This document shows positions 29,971-40,763 of a stretch of DNA of 64,000 nt, one piece after another; the first letter of the stretch is position 1; each line of letters begins with the position of its first letter. Origin of the DNA: Chlamydiia bacterium (lineage in GTDB: Bacteria > Chlamydiota > Chlamydiia > Chlamydiales > Rhabdochlamydiaceae); assembly GCA_963804085.1 (NCBI GenBank), contig CAWDOQ010000017.1:160001-224000 (forward strand), written 5' to 3'. The notes under the pieces were generated by a model. The model worked only from the letters and a program-made list of their open reading frames with translations, was not told the origin of the DNA and did no database searches. A program made the position numbers and the translations under genes.

Positions 29971-31458
29971 ATGGTAAGTCCAATTAAACTTCAGCCAAAT
30001 CTTCAGCAGATTTCGACTCATTGTCGTCCGATAACAAATAAAATATTCAATTTTCTCACGGGCAATAACATCCCTCTGAACCAGGTTATGGGGCATCTTC
30101 GAGATCTCGGAAGGTGCAGGCAGGTCAATCGCACATGGAGAGAGATCGGCGAATCTCAGCAGACAGATCTCTTAGAACAGGTGCGCGCTTCCGCCTTTCC
30201 TTCGATTCCACAAGGCCCAAATCTGATCGCTCGATGTACGCAATTTTTCCAAACTATTATGCAAAATATGCAAAACGGAGTCTGCGCAGGAAGATTCGAA
30301 GTCAATCAGCTGATCGGTAACGTGAAGCCTTCTGTACATCGCGGGAACTTATTTACAAAAGTGCAGGCCGTAGAGTTTGGACGCAATCAGGACGTGATGG
30401 AAATTTACATGGGAAGTCTTGCGGATCATCAGATTCGCCGTACATTTAGAGCAGCGGCTCAAGAGACAGCGAGACTAAATGTTCAAGACATAGCACATTT
30501 CCGTGTGTCAGAAGATGGGAAACTTGTCGCGCATAAAAGAGACGATGACAACCGGGAGCTATTAACCTGGGATAACGCGATTGAGGATCTACGACCTGTG
30601 CGCACAGTACAAACACCGTCATACTTTACGCGATTTTGTCTGATCAAAGAGAGGGCCGCTTGTGTAGGCACACGCGAGATCTTTTTCCTAGATCTTAATT
30701 CCGGAGCTGAGTCGGGAGCAAGGATCGAAATTCCTGACGAACTAGAGCCTTTTGGAGTGATCGAGGCAACAACAACCAAGCTCTATTTTGCAAGAGAAAA
30801 TGCAGTCGATGTCTTTGATCACATACAACGAAGATACGAGCGCCGCATTGCATTGCCCGAAGGGGTGACTAATCCCATTCCTATCCCCTTTAACGATCGG
30901 CTGTTTTTACTCGCACAAGACAGGTTGTATGCTGTAGATCCTATGAATTTTTCTATAAACTTGATCACCCAGAATGTAGAAGTCGATGCAGCACCTTTAG
31001 GAATCGTTAGACCTCAAGAACTACTGGATCGTCGCACTCCTGAGTACTACACACACCGGCAATTTAATAGGCAAAATTTTTCCGAATCCTGGTTTAGACA
31101 GGACTATGCCGTTCTCTTAGATAAGATCGCTGTGACAACGCATCCACATACAAGAATCTACGACCTTCGTACCCAGAGGCATCTTACGACGCTAAAACAC
31201 GATAATTTTGACAATTTTTCTTACACTGCGCTCTTTGATGGGAAACTTCACGTTGCTGGTTGCATTAATCGATATGTTGCGGGACTTGGGCCAGCACATA
31301 CTAATGAGTTTGAAGTCGAAATCTACGACTTTAACCCTCCGGAGGGAGCACCTCTTTTGGAAGTGCAAGAGCAGAATTGCTTCTACCAGTTCATGCATTA
31401 TGTCGGGGATTTCTTCACACGGCTCTGGGTCTCCCTGCGCAATTGCCTGGGCATCTGA
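29971..31458 (+). CDS. F-box-like / beta-rich repeat protein (candidate effector)
   Basis: KIFNFL...LRDLGRCRQVNRTWREI resembles an F-box; the downstream part is beta-propeller-like; GAGG RBS before MVSPIK. Confidence 0.55.
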   Translation: MVSPIKLQPNLQQISTHCRPITNKIFNFLTGNNIPLNQVMGHLRDLGRCRQVNRTWREIGESQQTDLLEQVRASAFPSIPQGPNLIARCTQFFQTIMQNMQNGVCAGRFEVNQLIGNVKPSVHRGNLFTKVQAVEFGRNQDVMEIYMGSLADHQIRRTFRAAAQETARLNVQDIAHFRVSEDGKLVAHKRDDDNRELLTWDNAIEDLRPVRTVQTPSYFTRFCLIKERAACVGTREIFFLDLNSGAESGARIEIPDELEPFGVIEATTTKLYFARENAVDVFDHIQRRYERRIALPEGVTNPIPIPFNDRLFLLAQDRLYAVDPMNFSINLITQNVEVDAAPLGIVRPQELLDRRTPEYYTHRQFNRQNFSESWFRQDYAVLLDKIAVTTHPHTRIYDLRTQRHLTTLKHDNFDNFSYTALFDGKLHVAGCINRYVAGLGPAHTNEFEVEIYDFNPPEGAPLLEVQEQNCFYQFMHYVGDFFTRLWVSLRNCLGI

Positions 31459-31641
31459 ATAAATTTTGGCAGGTCTTTCGGCGAGAAAATTCAAGTAATA
31501 ATCAACGTTTATTGGCTGTTTTCGATCGCTACTCATGTAAGAAATACTTGGGTGTTTTTCTTACAAGAGCAATTGAATACTCAAGATTCGTAAGCCAACT
31601 GATGGGCTTCGATCAACTCCTTTAATTTGATCGGATTTCCT

Positions 31642-34501
31642 TTATTTTTTTGCTCCATGTGAACCCATTGTTTTGTTTATTAAGTGCAGTTTATTTTTCT
31701 GATGTCTGCTTAAGGCCCGAAGAATAGAATCCAAGACCTCATCAAGACGTTTGCCCACATCGTCAGTTAAAAAACGCAGAACTGTGTAGCCGTTCTCCTG
31801 TAACAAAGCATCTTTTCTTCGATCTCGGCGATAAGCTTCTGCATTAGCAAGATGCTGGGCACCGTCAAGTTCAACTGCAAGATGAGCTTCGGTACAGAGT
31901 AGATCTACCTCCATTCGGCCCCAACCATCGAATGGAATATCGAGTTCTGTATTCAGCCGAAATCGTCCTGCTGTCTCAGGTAGTGTTTCAAGGCGACGAA
32001 ATAAAAAGCTTTCAGTTGCGCTTCGAGCACGATTCACTCCTTCTGCCTCAGGAGGAAGAATCGAAGCGACTTGAACAAATAAATGTGCAAGGGGCATGTC
32101 CACTCCATCACGAATGAGCCGTCTGACGCTACCTGCATAGTCTGCCTTCCAAGCAGGGTCGACGGGAAGCGGTATTTGGGTAGGCCATCCAGGAACTGCG
32201 CTAGCAGGGAGCAGAATCTTATATCCTACTGCCTCATAACCTTGGCAGCGTCGGTTAAACATACGCTCTAACATGGGTACGCCGAGATCAGCATAGTCAT
32301 ACACCTGTGCTTCCTTCTTGTCCGCATATAGACGATGCAGTCTGCCAACGTATTGTGCGATAGTTCCTTTCCATGAGATGGGCATTGTAAGAAATAGAGT
32401 ATCCAGGCGCGCGTCATCAAAGCCTTCACCGACAAACTTGCCAGTCGCAAGCAGAACCCGAGGTTCATTTGCGGGGATAGCAGCCAATCGGCTGGTCACT
32501 TGAGCAATTTCTTTTGAGCTCATGCCACCTCGAAGCACAACGAGATGGTGAATATGGGGAGAAAGTCTTCCAAACAAACAGTCTAGATGTTCATTTCGTT
32601 CAGTTAATACTAGCGGCGACCTGCCGCTTTGAACGGCGTAAGCAACATCATTGCAGATCAGCTGGTTCCGCTCTTCGTCGCGAATGAGCTCATCATATAA
32701 ATCATTAAATTGAAAACGCAGATCCTCATGGGCTGGTTTAATGGGACAAAACGCAGTTGGCCTGACAAACACAGTATGCTCAAATGGGCGCAGCTGAGCT
32801 GCAGCCTTGGCATCTACTCGATAACGCACCGGGCCGCACCTCATCAGAATGATCGGGTGGTGGCCATCTTTTCGTGTCAGAGTGGCTGTGAGTCCTGTAA
32901 TAAATTTAGCTTTTGACTGGCGAGCTACCTGCTCAAAACTAAACGCTGGCAAATGGTGGCATTCATCTACAATTAAATGACCATATTGCGAGACAATATC
33001 ATCGACGACTCCCTTGCGCACAAGACTCTGAATTACCGCCACATCAATCAGACCCGAAGGCTTTCTCTTCCCACCACCGATACGACCTATGGCATTTTTG
33101 GGCAGTTCAAGAAATGTGGAAAGTCTCTCTATCCATTGCTCTTGCAATTGCTTGCGATGCACAAGGATCAGAGTGTTTACCTTTCGCTTTGAGATGAGCC
33201 AGGCGCCAATGACGGTTTTACCAAATGCGGTTGTTGCTGATAGAACACCAAAGTTTGTTTTAAGCATTGCTGCTGCAGCTGCCTTTTGCTCAGGCCGTAA
33301 TTCGCCCAGGAATTTTGCTTTAAGGGATGCCCCTGCCTGTAGCTCATCCTGAACAATCAATTTGATTTTCAGATCAGAAAGTAGGTCGCAAATGTCCTCA
33401 AAACAGCCTCGTGGTAGTCCTAGATGATCAGAGTGCTCTGTGACACATGAAATTATTCTAGGTTTTTCATGGGTAGGGAGCCTCATAGCCTGAGCTTTAT
33501 AGAATTCGGGATTTGGAAATGCTGCAAGTCGCATTAATCGATTTCTTAGCCAAGGAGATAGCCCCTTTTTGGGGATATAGATCTCATTTCCAACAACGAT
33601 TTCCAAACTTTCCGGTAGGTCAATAGAGGGAGGGATTGCTTTGTTGTTAGTGACTGGTCTATTCCATGGGGTAATATCATCTTCTTCACTTAACTTGAAA
33701 TGCACTCCAACAATGCGGCCTGTTCCTTCTGCACGACGCACAATCGCCTCAGTCTCTTGACGAGAAATCTTTTGCAAGTCCTGACAGAAACGCCCATTGA
33801 TCTTCATAAGCAATTAAATCCTCATTCACAAATATGCTATTCCCTTGATCGCGAGCTTTTTTTTGCAAAGGGAGCGCAATGAGATTCCCAAATCCACCTT
33901 GAGGCAATGTGTCTTGATTTGGAAAGAATCGATCATAAGAATCTAGTCCGACATCTGGCCGATGCTCCATCGTTTCAGTTAGGATGTGACACCCCAGCTT
34001 TCGTGCAAGTATTGCTGGGATTGCTTCAGCAAAAAACAACCAGACGTGAGCGCCTTTGCCAGAACGAGAACGCTCCAACGCTGCGGGCAAATTTAATTGA
34101 TGACAAGTTCTGAGAAAGGCGCGTGCATCCTCTTCCCAGTTGGACTTATCAAAATCTGCTGCAAGAAAGAAACAAGTTTCGTCGAGCAGCATCGGATACA
34201 GCCCCATGACGAAGTCTTTGCCAAAATCATCTTGGCCAGAAAGATGCCATTTTACCACATCATCACTTACGGGCAGGAATTTGCGATGCCTGCATTCAGA
34301 GCATTTGATTTTTGGCTTTTCGCAAATGCCTCGTATCCATTCATTCCCGCACACGGGTGAATAGCCTGATCTCCCGGTCTTTCGGCTTTCAAATCGTCGA
34401 GGGTATAGATCTTCGCGACCTCGAAATAAAGAACGAAAGAGAGCGATTTTGGTGCAAGAGGGTGATTTTTGGGTAAGCTGGAGTCTCTTTTCCATGCGCA
34501 A
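31642..34501 (-). pseudogene. AEP-type (TOTE-like) primase domain - SF2 helicase - DUF559/Vsr-like nuclease fusion, one frameshift
   Basis: N-terminal LFRGRED, Cys cluster, ADFD, ERSRSGKGAHVW, GNLIALPLQ; helicase TAFGKT, DECH, TAT, GEGFD, QYVGR; C-terminal EVDLL..AVELDG.QH; shift near 33780. Confidence 0.8.
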
Positions 34502-34641
34502 GCCAATAAATTTAAAAGAAAGTGTAGAGGGTTTGGCTTGTCTTTACAAGTTCTTAAATGTAATAACGTTCGTGCAAAAAGGCGGTCTGTAGATCAATAA
34601 AGAGAATCGGCTAGCGCAATCAACCTAGAAAAGTTGGGCTT

Positions 34642-35355
34642 CTAGGTTTTTCTAGGTTGATTTCTAGGTTCGCTCAAAATAAAGGTTTTATAAGGGTCAA
34701 AAGGGCCAGTAGAAAGTTCAACGAGCAGCCCTTCCTGACACATCTTTTTCAGGCGACTAGTAGCGGTTCTGCGAGTTAATTTCCAAATCTTTTCAGCTTC
34801 CATAGCGGAGATTTTGCCATGTTGTTGGATGTACTCAATAATGGGGACATGCCACGATTGAGAGGGTACGACTTTTGCTGTTCGTGGATAGAGAGTGACG
34901 CGGAAAAAATGATCCAACTCTTCAAATTTTGGGGCGGTAATATTTTGTTGTTGGCAGATACTACTAATGCGATTCAGTCCTGATCCCCACTGCTCGATGA
35001 GTTGCAATTCTCGAAACACTCTACCCAGTACCTTATTGCGAAGCTGAGAAACGCCAGATAAAGCGGTTTCTAGGCTTAGTCCAAAGGGTAGTGGTCCTGG
35101 GTTAGTGACTTCTAGCCGATTGTCAAAAATGGCCACTTGTATTGGAGATCGTTGAGTTGAATAGTCTGTGTGTAGAATTGCATTGATCACGGTTTCTCTC
35201 ACTGCGGCAGGAGGGTATTCGGGGATATCTTCTCTGCGAGCAGAATGAATTTTAGCTCCCAGAGAAGTATTCCGTTGGATGAAGGCCAGAATTTCATCGA
35301 TAGCGAGAGGAAGAGAGCTTTTAATTTCAGCTTGATCAATTACTTCACTTTTTGA
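34642..35355 (-). pseudogene. 5'-truncated ATP-binding (HATPase_c_4 / RecG-C-like) protein with C-terminal HTH
   Basis: EYPPAAVRETVINAILHTDY, DNRLEVTNPG, LRNK, LIEQWGSG; the frame opens after a stop near 35356 with no N-terminal domain. Confidence 0.75.
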
Positions 35356-35467
35356 CTAAGAGTTAAGAGCAGCGGCCTGACATCATATAATTTTTTCCGT
35401 TTTGCAATGTTCACTTGCAGAATTCCTACATTGCTTGGTAATCTATATGGCCAAAAGGATTGTTTAT

Positions 35468-36922
35468 ATGTTCAAAAAGGCATTTACTTACGATGACTCA
35501 ACGGTTTTCTATTTTGACAGGCATGACAATAAGTATGTCGCCAAAGGTGGAGGCCTTGCATGGCGATTGAACAATCCTGGATTGATTTCTTCTCATAGTA
35601 TGATTGCCAAAGAATTTAGGTCTATTGGTTCGCATAAGCAACATGCCATTTTTTGCGATCAACTTATAGGAAACGATGCTCATCGTGCGTGGTTAGTCTC
35701 TTCAAAATATTGTGACTCTCCACTCGTAGAAATTTGTAAATATTATCAACCAAATGATTCGGAAGGGTTCTTACAAAAGCTTTGCGCAGCGACTTCATTA
35801 CAGCAAAAAACAAAACCGCGAACACTTTCAGGTCAAGATTTTGAGCGTCTGTTAAAAGCGATTCAGAAATTGCTTGGGTTTGGTAGTGACCATAGAGGAG
35901 AATTTTATCTTCTACCCAAAATCACATCGCGCTTCTGCTCTCGTGATCGAAATGTAGAATACTACCTTGTGGGTCATGAAAATCTACTGATGCCAAAAGA
36001 AGCTCTGAAGTGGGTTGAAACACATAGACTAGATGCCGTTATTGTTCATAAAAAAAATGGAACGATTTACCTTAGATCTAGGCCTGGACATCATTTTAAC
36101 CAAATCCATCTCGCCGATGAAGAATATGGACAAGAGAATGAATTTGAAGATGCTATTCGAGATATAGGCAAAAAACAACCTGGACAATGCATTTGGGGGT
36201 ATGTCAATGGGATATCTACTCCGCCATCAAGAGCTCAAGAGTGTGCTGCTCTCATTGAGAAATATGCAAGTGGGCAGCAAATATGGAGCTTAATTAATGA
36301 CGCCACACCAGGAACCTTTGGAAGGTTGTTCGATGCTTTAGGACAAAAGTTCAACCTGCCGTCAGATACTGTAAAAAACGGGGTCCATTTTCTTAAATTT
36401 CTTATTAATCTATCAAATCAAGATTCCTCGTCTCCCCCGGTGGTAATTTTTGCGCATAGTCAAGGGGCCCTCATCATGAATTTGGCATTAGAGCAGCTGA
36501 ATCCAGATGAGCGAAATAGAGTCCATATTTTTACCTTTGGGGCAGCCAAGTTTGTGTCTCCAGGAAAAGCTCATGTTTCTCATAACTATCTTAGCATTGC
36601 GGATCCAGTTCCGATGTTTGCGTCTAAAGATACTTACCGATTTCTCCTTCACTTGCATGAAGGTAAAAAAAGGGGATTGACTCCTGCAGATATAATTCAG
36701 GAGTGTGTCAAGCAAGATCTGATCTGTGATTATCAAGAATTTTCCACAGACACGCCTCTTGAATTCCTCAAGGAACGCCAAATACACTACGAAAACGAGC
36801 TTATAAAAACTCAAAATATCACCTTATTGGAATCTACGGAATCTGATTTTTGGGAACATAGTTTTGATCTGCCTTCCTATCAATCTATTATTAAGGAAAT
36901 TGTCGAACGCTATAACAAATAA
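35468..36922 (+). CDS. Multidomain protein with C-terminal alpha/beta hydrolase (DUF687-like)
   Basis: AWRLNNPG N-terminal motif, YLRSRP module, then YVNGI, AHSQG, TFGA, DPVP, EHSF. Confidence 0.65.
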   Translation: MFKKAFTYDDSTVFYFDRHDNKYVAKGGGLAWRLNNPGLISSHSMIAKEFRSIGSHKQHAIFCDQLIGNDAHRAWLVSSKYCDSPLVEICKYYQPNDSEGFLQKLCAATSLQQKTKPRTLSGQDFERLLKAIQKLLGFGSDHRGEFYLLPKITSRFCSRDRNVEYYLVGHENLLMPKEALKWVETHRLDAVIVHKKNGTIYLRSRPGHHFNQIHLADEEYGQENEFEDAIRDIGKKQPGQCIWGYVNGISTPPSRAQECAALIEKYASGQQIWSLINDATPGTFGRLFDALGQKFNLPSDTVKNGVHFLKFLINLSNQDSSSPPVVIFAHSQGALIMNLALEQLNPDERNRVHIFTFGAAKFVSPGKAHVSHNYLSIADPVPMFASKDTYRFLLHLHEGKKRGLTPADIIQECVKQDLICDYQEFSTDTPLEFLKERQIHYENELIKTQNITLLESTESDFWEHSFDLPSYQSIIKEIVERYNK

Positions 36923-36932
36923 CGGGGCAACC

Positions 36933-37703
36933 ATGGATCGTAAAAGTTGGCTAGTTTTAGCAATTACTTTCGCCTGGACGTGGATTTTGATGAAATGGAT
37001 GGCGATGGCTCTTTCTGATGGAAAACTAAAAGCTTCTTACTTTTTTTGTATTCTTTTCTTCACGTGGATTCCAGGATGCATTGGGCTCATTTCTGCCAAA
37101 TTCGAAAGGATTAAAATACCTATTTTGAGTGAGCCGATCCCCATCCTTCTTTTATCTTATTTTTTTGCTTTATTTTTAGGGATTTGGATTAACTACCGGC
37201 CAGGACCCGATGCTCATTGGTTTTTTGACTTAGTGGTTTTATACCCTTTGTGCTCTTTGATATGGGTTATAAATGTCTGTGGTGCGACAATTTTTTGGTG
37301 GGGATATCTTTATAAAAAACTGGAGAAATTCCATCCGCTCTTAACAATGTTGATCATTGGAGTGTCATGGGGATTGTGGTATGCGCCGCTCATATTAATG
37401 GCCGAGGGATACTATTATGCAAGACATCGTTTGGAAGGCATTGTCATGATGACTCTTTTGACAACTGTCGTCAGCCCATTGATGTTCTATTTTCGGCGGA
37501 ATGGAAAAAATATCTTCGCCCCAGCTCTTTTTTTTGCAGCATTGATTGCATCCGAGATGTTCGGTCCTGAATTTGGCAAAAATGATCTTATTGATGGCGT
37601 TACAGGTATCTACGGGATAAAAGTGCTGCTTTTTTTTTCTTGTATTGCTCTCGCACTCTTATGGAAACAAGGCGCACTGAAAAGGCAACAAAGCACCGTA
37701 TAA
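36933..37703 (+). CDS. CPBP/Abi-family membrane protein with degenerate catalytic motifs
   Basis: Multi-TM; WWGYLY, GVSWGLWYAPLI; the canonical EE and H residues are replaced. Confidence 0.65.
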   Translation: MDRKSWLVLAITFAWTWILMKWMAMALSDGKLKASYFFCILFFTWIPGCIGLISAKFERIKIPILSEPIPILLLSYFFALFLGIWINYRPGPDAHWFFDLVVLYPLCSLIWVINVCGATIFWWGYLYKKLEKFHPLLTMLIIGVSWGLWYAPLILMAEGYYYARHRLEGIVMMTLLTTVVSPLMFYFRRNGKNIFAPALFFAALIASEMFGPEFGKNDLIDGVTGIYGIKVLLFFSCIALALLWKQGALKRQQSTV

Positions 37704-37842
37704 AACTCGGCGTTCGTACAAATGCCCGTTTCTGATCAAAAGTTCATTCAATTATTAAGTGCAGTTCAAAGCGTAACTTTTCGAGCAAGAAACGCCAGGA
37801 ATCACCTGTGCTTTTTCGCCACTGACAGACTCACTACTGAAA

Positions 37843-37898
37843 AATAAGGCGGAATAAGGCGGAAATTTCCGCCTTATTCCGCCTTATTCCGCCTTATT
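37843..37898. repeat. Inverted tandem 10-mer repeat (AATAAGGCGG x2 / CCGCCTTATT x3)
   Basis: Read directly from the sequence; forms a ~22-bp stem. Confidence 0.9.
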
Positions 37899-37980
37899 CA
37901 TGTATGCTGTTGAATGTTAGCAACTTAAAATAAAATTATTGCGGTTTATCGTCCAAGCCAGTTAATAGAAGGGGTATAGA

Positions 37981-38004
37981 AACGGGCGCAGGCACGCGCA
38001 CGTA
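37981..38004. repeat. Degenerate half copy of the hexamer-arm element (copy E)
   Basis: acgggcgcaggcacgcgcacgta ends like the right arms of copies B and C. Confidence 0.5.
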
Positions 38005-38029
38005 TTTAAATAAACAAGCAGGTAGGGGT

Positions 38030-38226
38030 ATGTCCAAGTTTTTTGAAGATAAAGGGTATCAGGCGTTTCGTCTATTGCAACTGGCGTTTGTTGTGGCGCC
38101 GATCGTTGCGGGGTTGGATAAGTTTTTTAATCTACCGGTAAATACTTTGATATCGCATTACGCGACTTAGGGCTCTTTTTGGGAGCTTTGGCTTTAGGCA
38201 GTTTGAGCCAGAAGTATAGAAACTAA
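38030..38226 (+). pseudogene. Internally deleted small DoxX-like membrane protein
   Basis: N-terminus ...APIVAGLDKFFNL is joined out of frame to C-terminus GKYFDIALRDLGLFLGALAL... Confidence 0.6.
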
Positions 38227-38268
38227 TCCGGCAAAAGTTGTAGGATTGGTGTAAACAGGAGAAAATCG

Positions 38269-38595
38269 ATGAGCGACGAGATCCACACCATCACAGAAGA
38301 GTCTTTTGAAAAAGAGGTGTCCAAAGGGACGACTCTCGTCGATTTTTATGCAGACTGGTGCGGTCCGTGCCGCATGATGACGCCGGTTCTAGAGCAGCTA
38401 GCAAAAGAGATGAAGGGCAAGGCTAAGGTGGCCAAGCTCGATGTCGACCGTGCACAAAAGATCGCCTCTTCTTTTCGCGTGACCTCTATTCCTACTGTGA
38501 TTCTTTTCCATGATGGTCAAGAGGTGGGACGTCTTGTCGGCCTAAAAGATGGCAAGACACTCAAAGACTTTATTCTTTCTGCTGCTCACAAATAA
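38269..38595 (+). CDS. trxA: Thioredoxin
   Basis: DFYADWCGPC; SIPT. Confidence 0.97.
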   Translation: MSDEIHTITEESFEKEVSKGTTLVDFYADWCGPCRMMTPVLEQLAKEMKGKAKVAKLDVDRAQKIASSFRVTSIPTVILFHDGQEVGRLVGLKDGKTLKDFILSAAHK

Positions 38596-38597
38596 GA

Positions 38598-40760
38598 TTA
38601 TTTTGCTAAGTGCAGAACGTCTTGGAGAATCGACCAGCGCCGCTCAGGCGTAATGGACGATTCGCTTTTGCCTAAAACCCATCTGTCATACTGCTTCTTT
38701 GTAAAGCCATCCTGATCTTTTAGCTGCAGCCACTGGTCTAAGTAGGCTAAAAACCGGTTGGCAGAGGGATTGATCGCATAGGCAAGTCTATCAACACCTA
38801 AAGAGGGTTTGGGGTAGATAACCAAGAAGCGAGGATGGCGCAGCACCCAAGAGATAGCCTCTTGCTCTTCCCAAAGGGCCACATCTGCGACTTCTGGATT
38901 TGCTGCAAATGCCTCGTAGTTTTCCACGAGCACGATCTCTTTATCGGGAAAGAGTGTGCGCGCCTGTGTGATGAGAGAGGAGCCTTTCATTATTGCGATT
39001 CGGACGCTAGAGCTTCTCAAAATGCTCGAGAGGTTTGGAAACTGCTTTCTTTGCGTGTCTTCTACCAGAAAGACCAGTTGTGCCGTGACGTAAGGGGTAG
39101 TGAAGTAGAGTCCTTTTAATCGCTCTTCAGAGATAGAGAGGGCAGACATTGCGATATCATACAGGTTGCTCTGCAGCTCTTGCGTCACCTTGCCATAACT
39201 CATCGGAACAAACTCTAGATCACAGCCCAGATCATTTGCGAGCTCATAGGCAAAGGCGATATCAAAGCCGACAAGCTGCCGGTGCGAGTTGTAAAAGCAG
39301 AAGGGGATGACGTTTGGGTTGTAGCCTACGCGCAGTTTTTTCGTGCGCAGGATGCGATCAAAAGTGTCTTCGCGAGAGAGGCTTGAGCTTGCTCGTGTCA
39401 CGTCTGTCAAAATCCTGACCTTTACGTCAGATTGCATCTCGAGGTCGCAAATGGTTTTGCCTATGGATTCGATAGGAGGCAAAATGGGCACTACTTTGAC
39501 AAATGCGAAGATCAAAAAGACAGGAATAGCCGTGATAACAGCGCCGCGAATTATTTTAGACCAGTCGAGGGTGAGAAGCTTGCGGCAAGCCAGAGTGATA
39601 AAAAGAGAGACCGTGGTGATCTCCATAGCAGAGAGCATCGCCTGAAATCCTGAGATAAACGGGAGTGTGGCAATGTACAGATGCACGGCATCCAGAGGAA
39701 GGCTGAGCGAGTCGAGGAGGAAGGTGAGGTTGTTGATCCAAGATCCAAGGCTCACTGCCCCTAAGCTTGTGATAAAAGTGGCGACAAATAGCTGGCCCTG
39801 GGCAAGCAGCGATAGAGGAATGTTATAGAGGATCGATACGAAAAAGATGAAGACGGTGATGAAAAGAGTCGAGAAAGGGAGGTTAAAGACGATAGAGACG
39901 ATACCCTGGCTTTGACTCTCGGCTTTCTCCTCGTTCGGAAAGTACTTTTTGGTCTCGCGCGAAAGTAGCTGGATGATATAGGGCAAGCAGACGATCACGG
40001 TATTGGTCGTATAGGCGAGCAGCAGGATGGGCAAAAGGTCTTTGAGCCATTGATAAAAGGTAAGTGAGGTGAGCATGCTCGCCAGACGAGGGAAGATCCA
40101 AAAGGTGATGATCAGCAAAGTAAGGACGTAGAGGATGATGTAGGAGCTCATCTGCTTCATGATTGAAATTTCTGTCGTGCCTACCTGATAAGCGATGATC
40201 ACAAAAGTTCCGATAGGCGTTATGCGGCTGATCCATATGGTGATGCGGGTAAGGGCATCGACAAAGGTGGAAAACACTCCCATGAGGGTCTGTTTTTCTT
40301 TCAAGTGGATGAGAGCGATCCCCACTAGAAGGCAAAAGATGACGATAGCCGGCACAATGTTGTTAGAAAGAGCGTAGAAGATATTTTCCGGGATGAGCAG
40401 CTCTGCAAAATTAAGCGATATCGACTCCTGGCCGGTAAAGCTGCCAAAATGGACCCCTTTTGCATGAGGAAAGGAGAAGGCGGTAAGGTAGATCATGAAA
40501 ATATTGATCACCCACGCGATGGCGATAAAAAGAATGCCCTTTTTTAAAATTTCTAGCGCCTGTCCTGCATGGAGCATGCCCACGCCGTGGATGATAGCGC
40601 AGAAGAGGTAGGGGATGATCGTCACCTTAAGCAGCATGATGTAGGCTTGGCCCCAAGGCGCAAACACTTCACACAGATCGCCAAAAAACAAGCCGACGAA
40701 GACACCCAAAAGGGTGGCAAAGATCATCTGGCTGGTAAGAGACATCTTAAATAGTTTCAT
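38598..40760 (-). CDS. Cation:dicarboxylate symporter fused to an amino-acid substrate-binding domain
   Basis: N-terminal DAACS-type TM region; C-terminal LRVGY...GFDIAFAYELA...DIAMSALS..EER...FT.PY. Confidence 0.85.
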   Translation of the reverse strand: MKLFKMSLTSQMIFATLLGVFVGLFFGDLCEVFAPWGQAYIMLLKVTIIPYLFCAIIHGVGMLHAGQALEILKKGILFIAIAWVINIFMIYLTAFSFPHAKGVHFGSFTGQESISLNFAELLIPENIFYALSNNIVPAIVIFCLLVGIALIHLKEKQTLMGVFSTFVDALTRITIWISRITPIGTFVIIAYQVGTTEISIMKQMSSYIILYVLTLLIITFWIFPRLASMLTSLTFYQWLKDLLPILLLAYTTNTVIVCLPYIIQLLSRETKKYFPNEEKAESQSQGIVSIVFNLPFSTLFITVFIFFVSILYNIPLSLLAQGQLFVATFITSLGAVSLGSWINNLTFLLDSLSLPLDAVHLYIATLPFISGFQAMLSAMEITTVSLFITLACRKLLTLDWSKIIRGAVITAIPVFLIFAFVKVVPILPPIESIGKTICDLEMQSDVKVRILTDVTRASSSLSREDTFDRILRTKKLRVGYNPNVIPFCFYNSHRQLVGFDIAFAYELANDLGCDLEFVPMSYGKVTQELQSNLYDIAMSALSISEERLKGLYFTTPYVTAQLVFLVEDTQRKQFPNLSSILRSSSVRIAIMKGSSLITQARTLFPDKEIVLVENYEAFAANPEVADVALWEEQEAISWVLRHPRFLVIYPKPSLGVDRLAYAINPSANRFLAYLDQWLQLKDQDGFTKKQYDRWVLGKSESSITPERRWSILQDVLHLAK

Positions 40761-40763
40761 GGG

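Noticed and set aside
33770..33790. Programmed ribosomal frameshift in the primase-helicase gene
   Set aside because: No clear slippery heptamer at the shift point; a single extra base explains it
29646..38226. Integrative element at tRNA-Leu
   Set aside because: No integrase and no duplicated tRNA 3' end found; most accessory genes lie on the tRNA's 5' side
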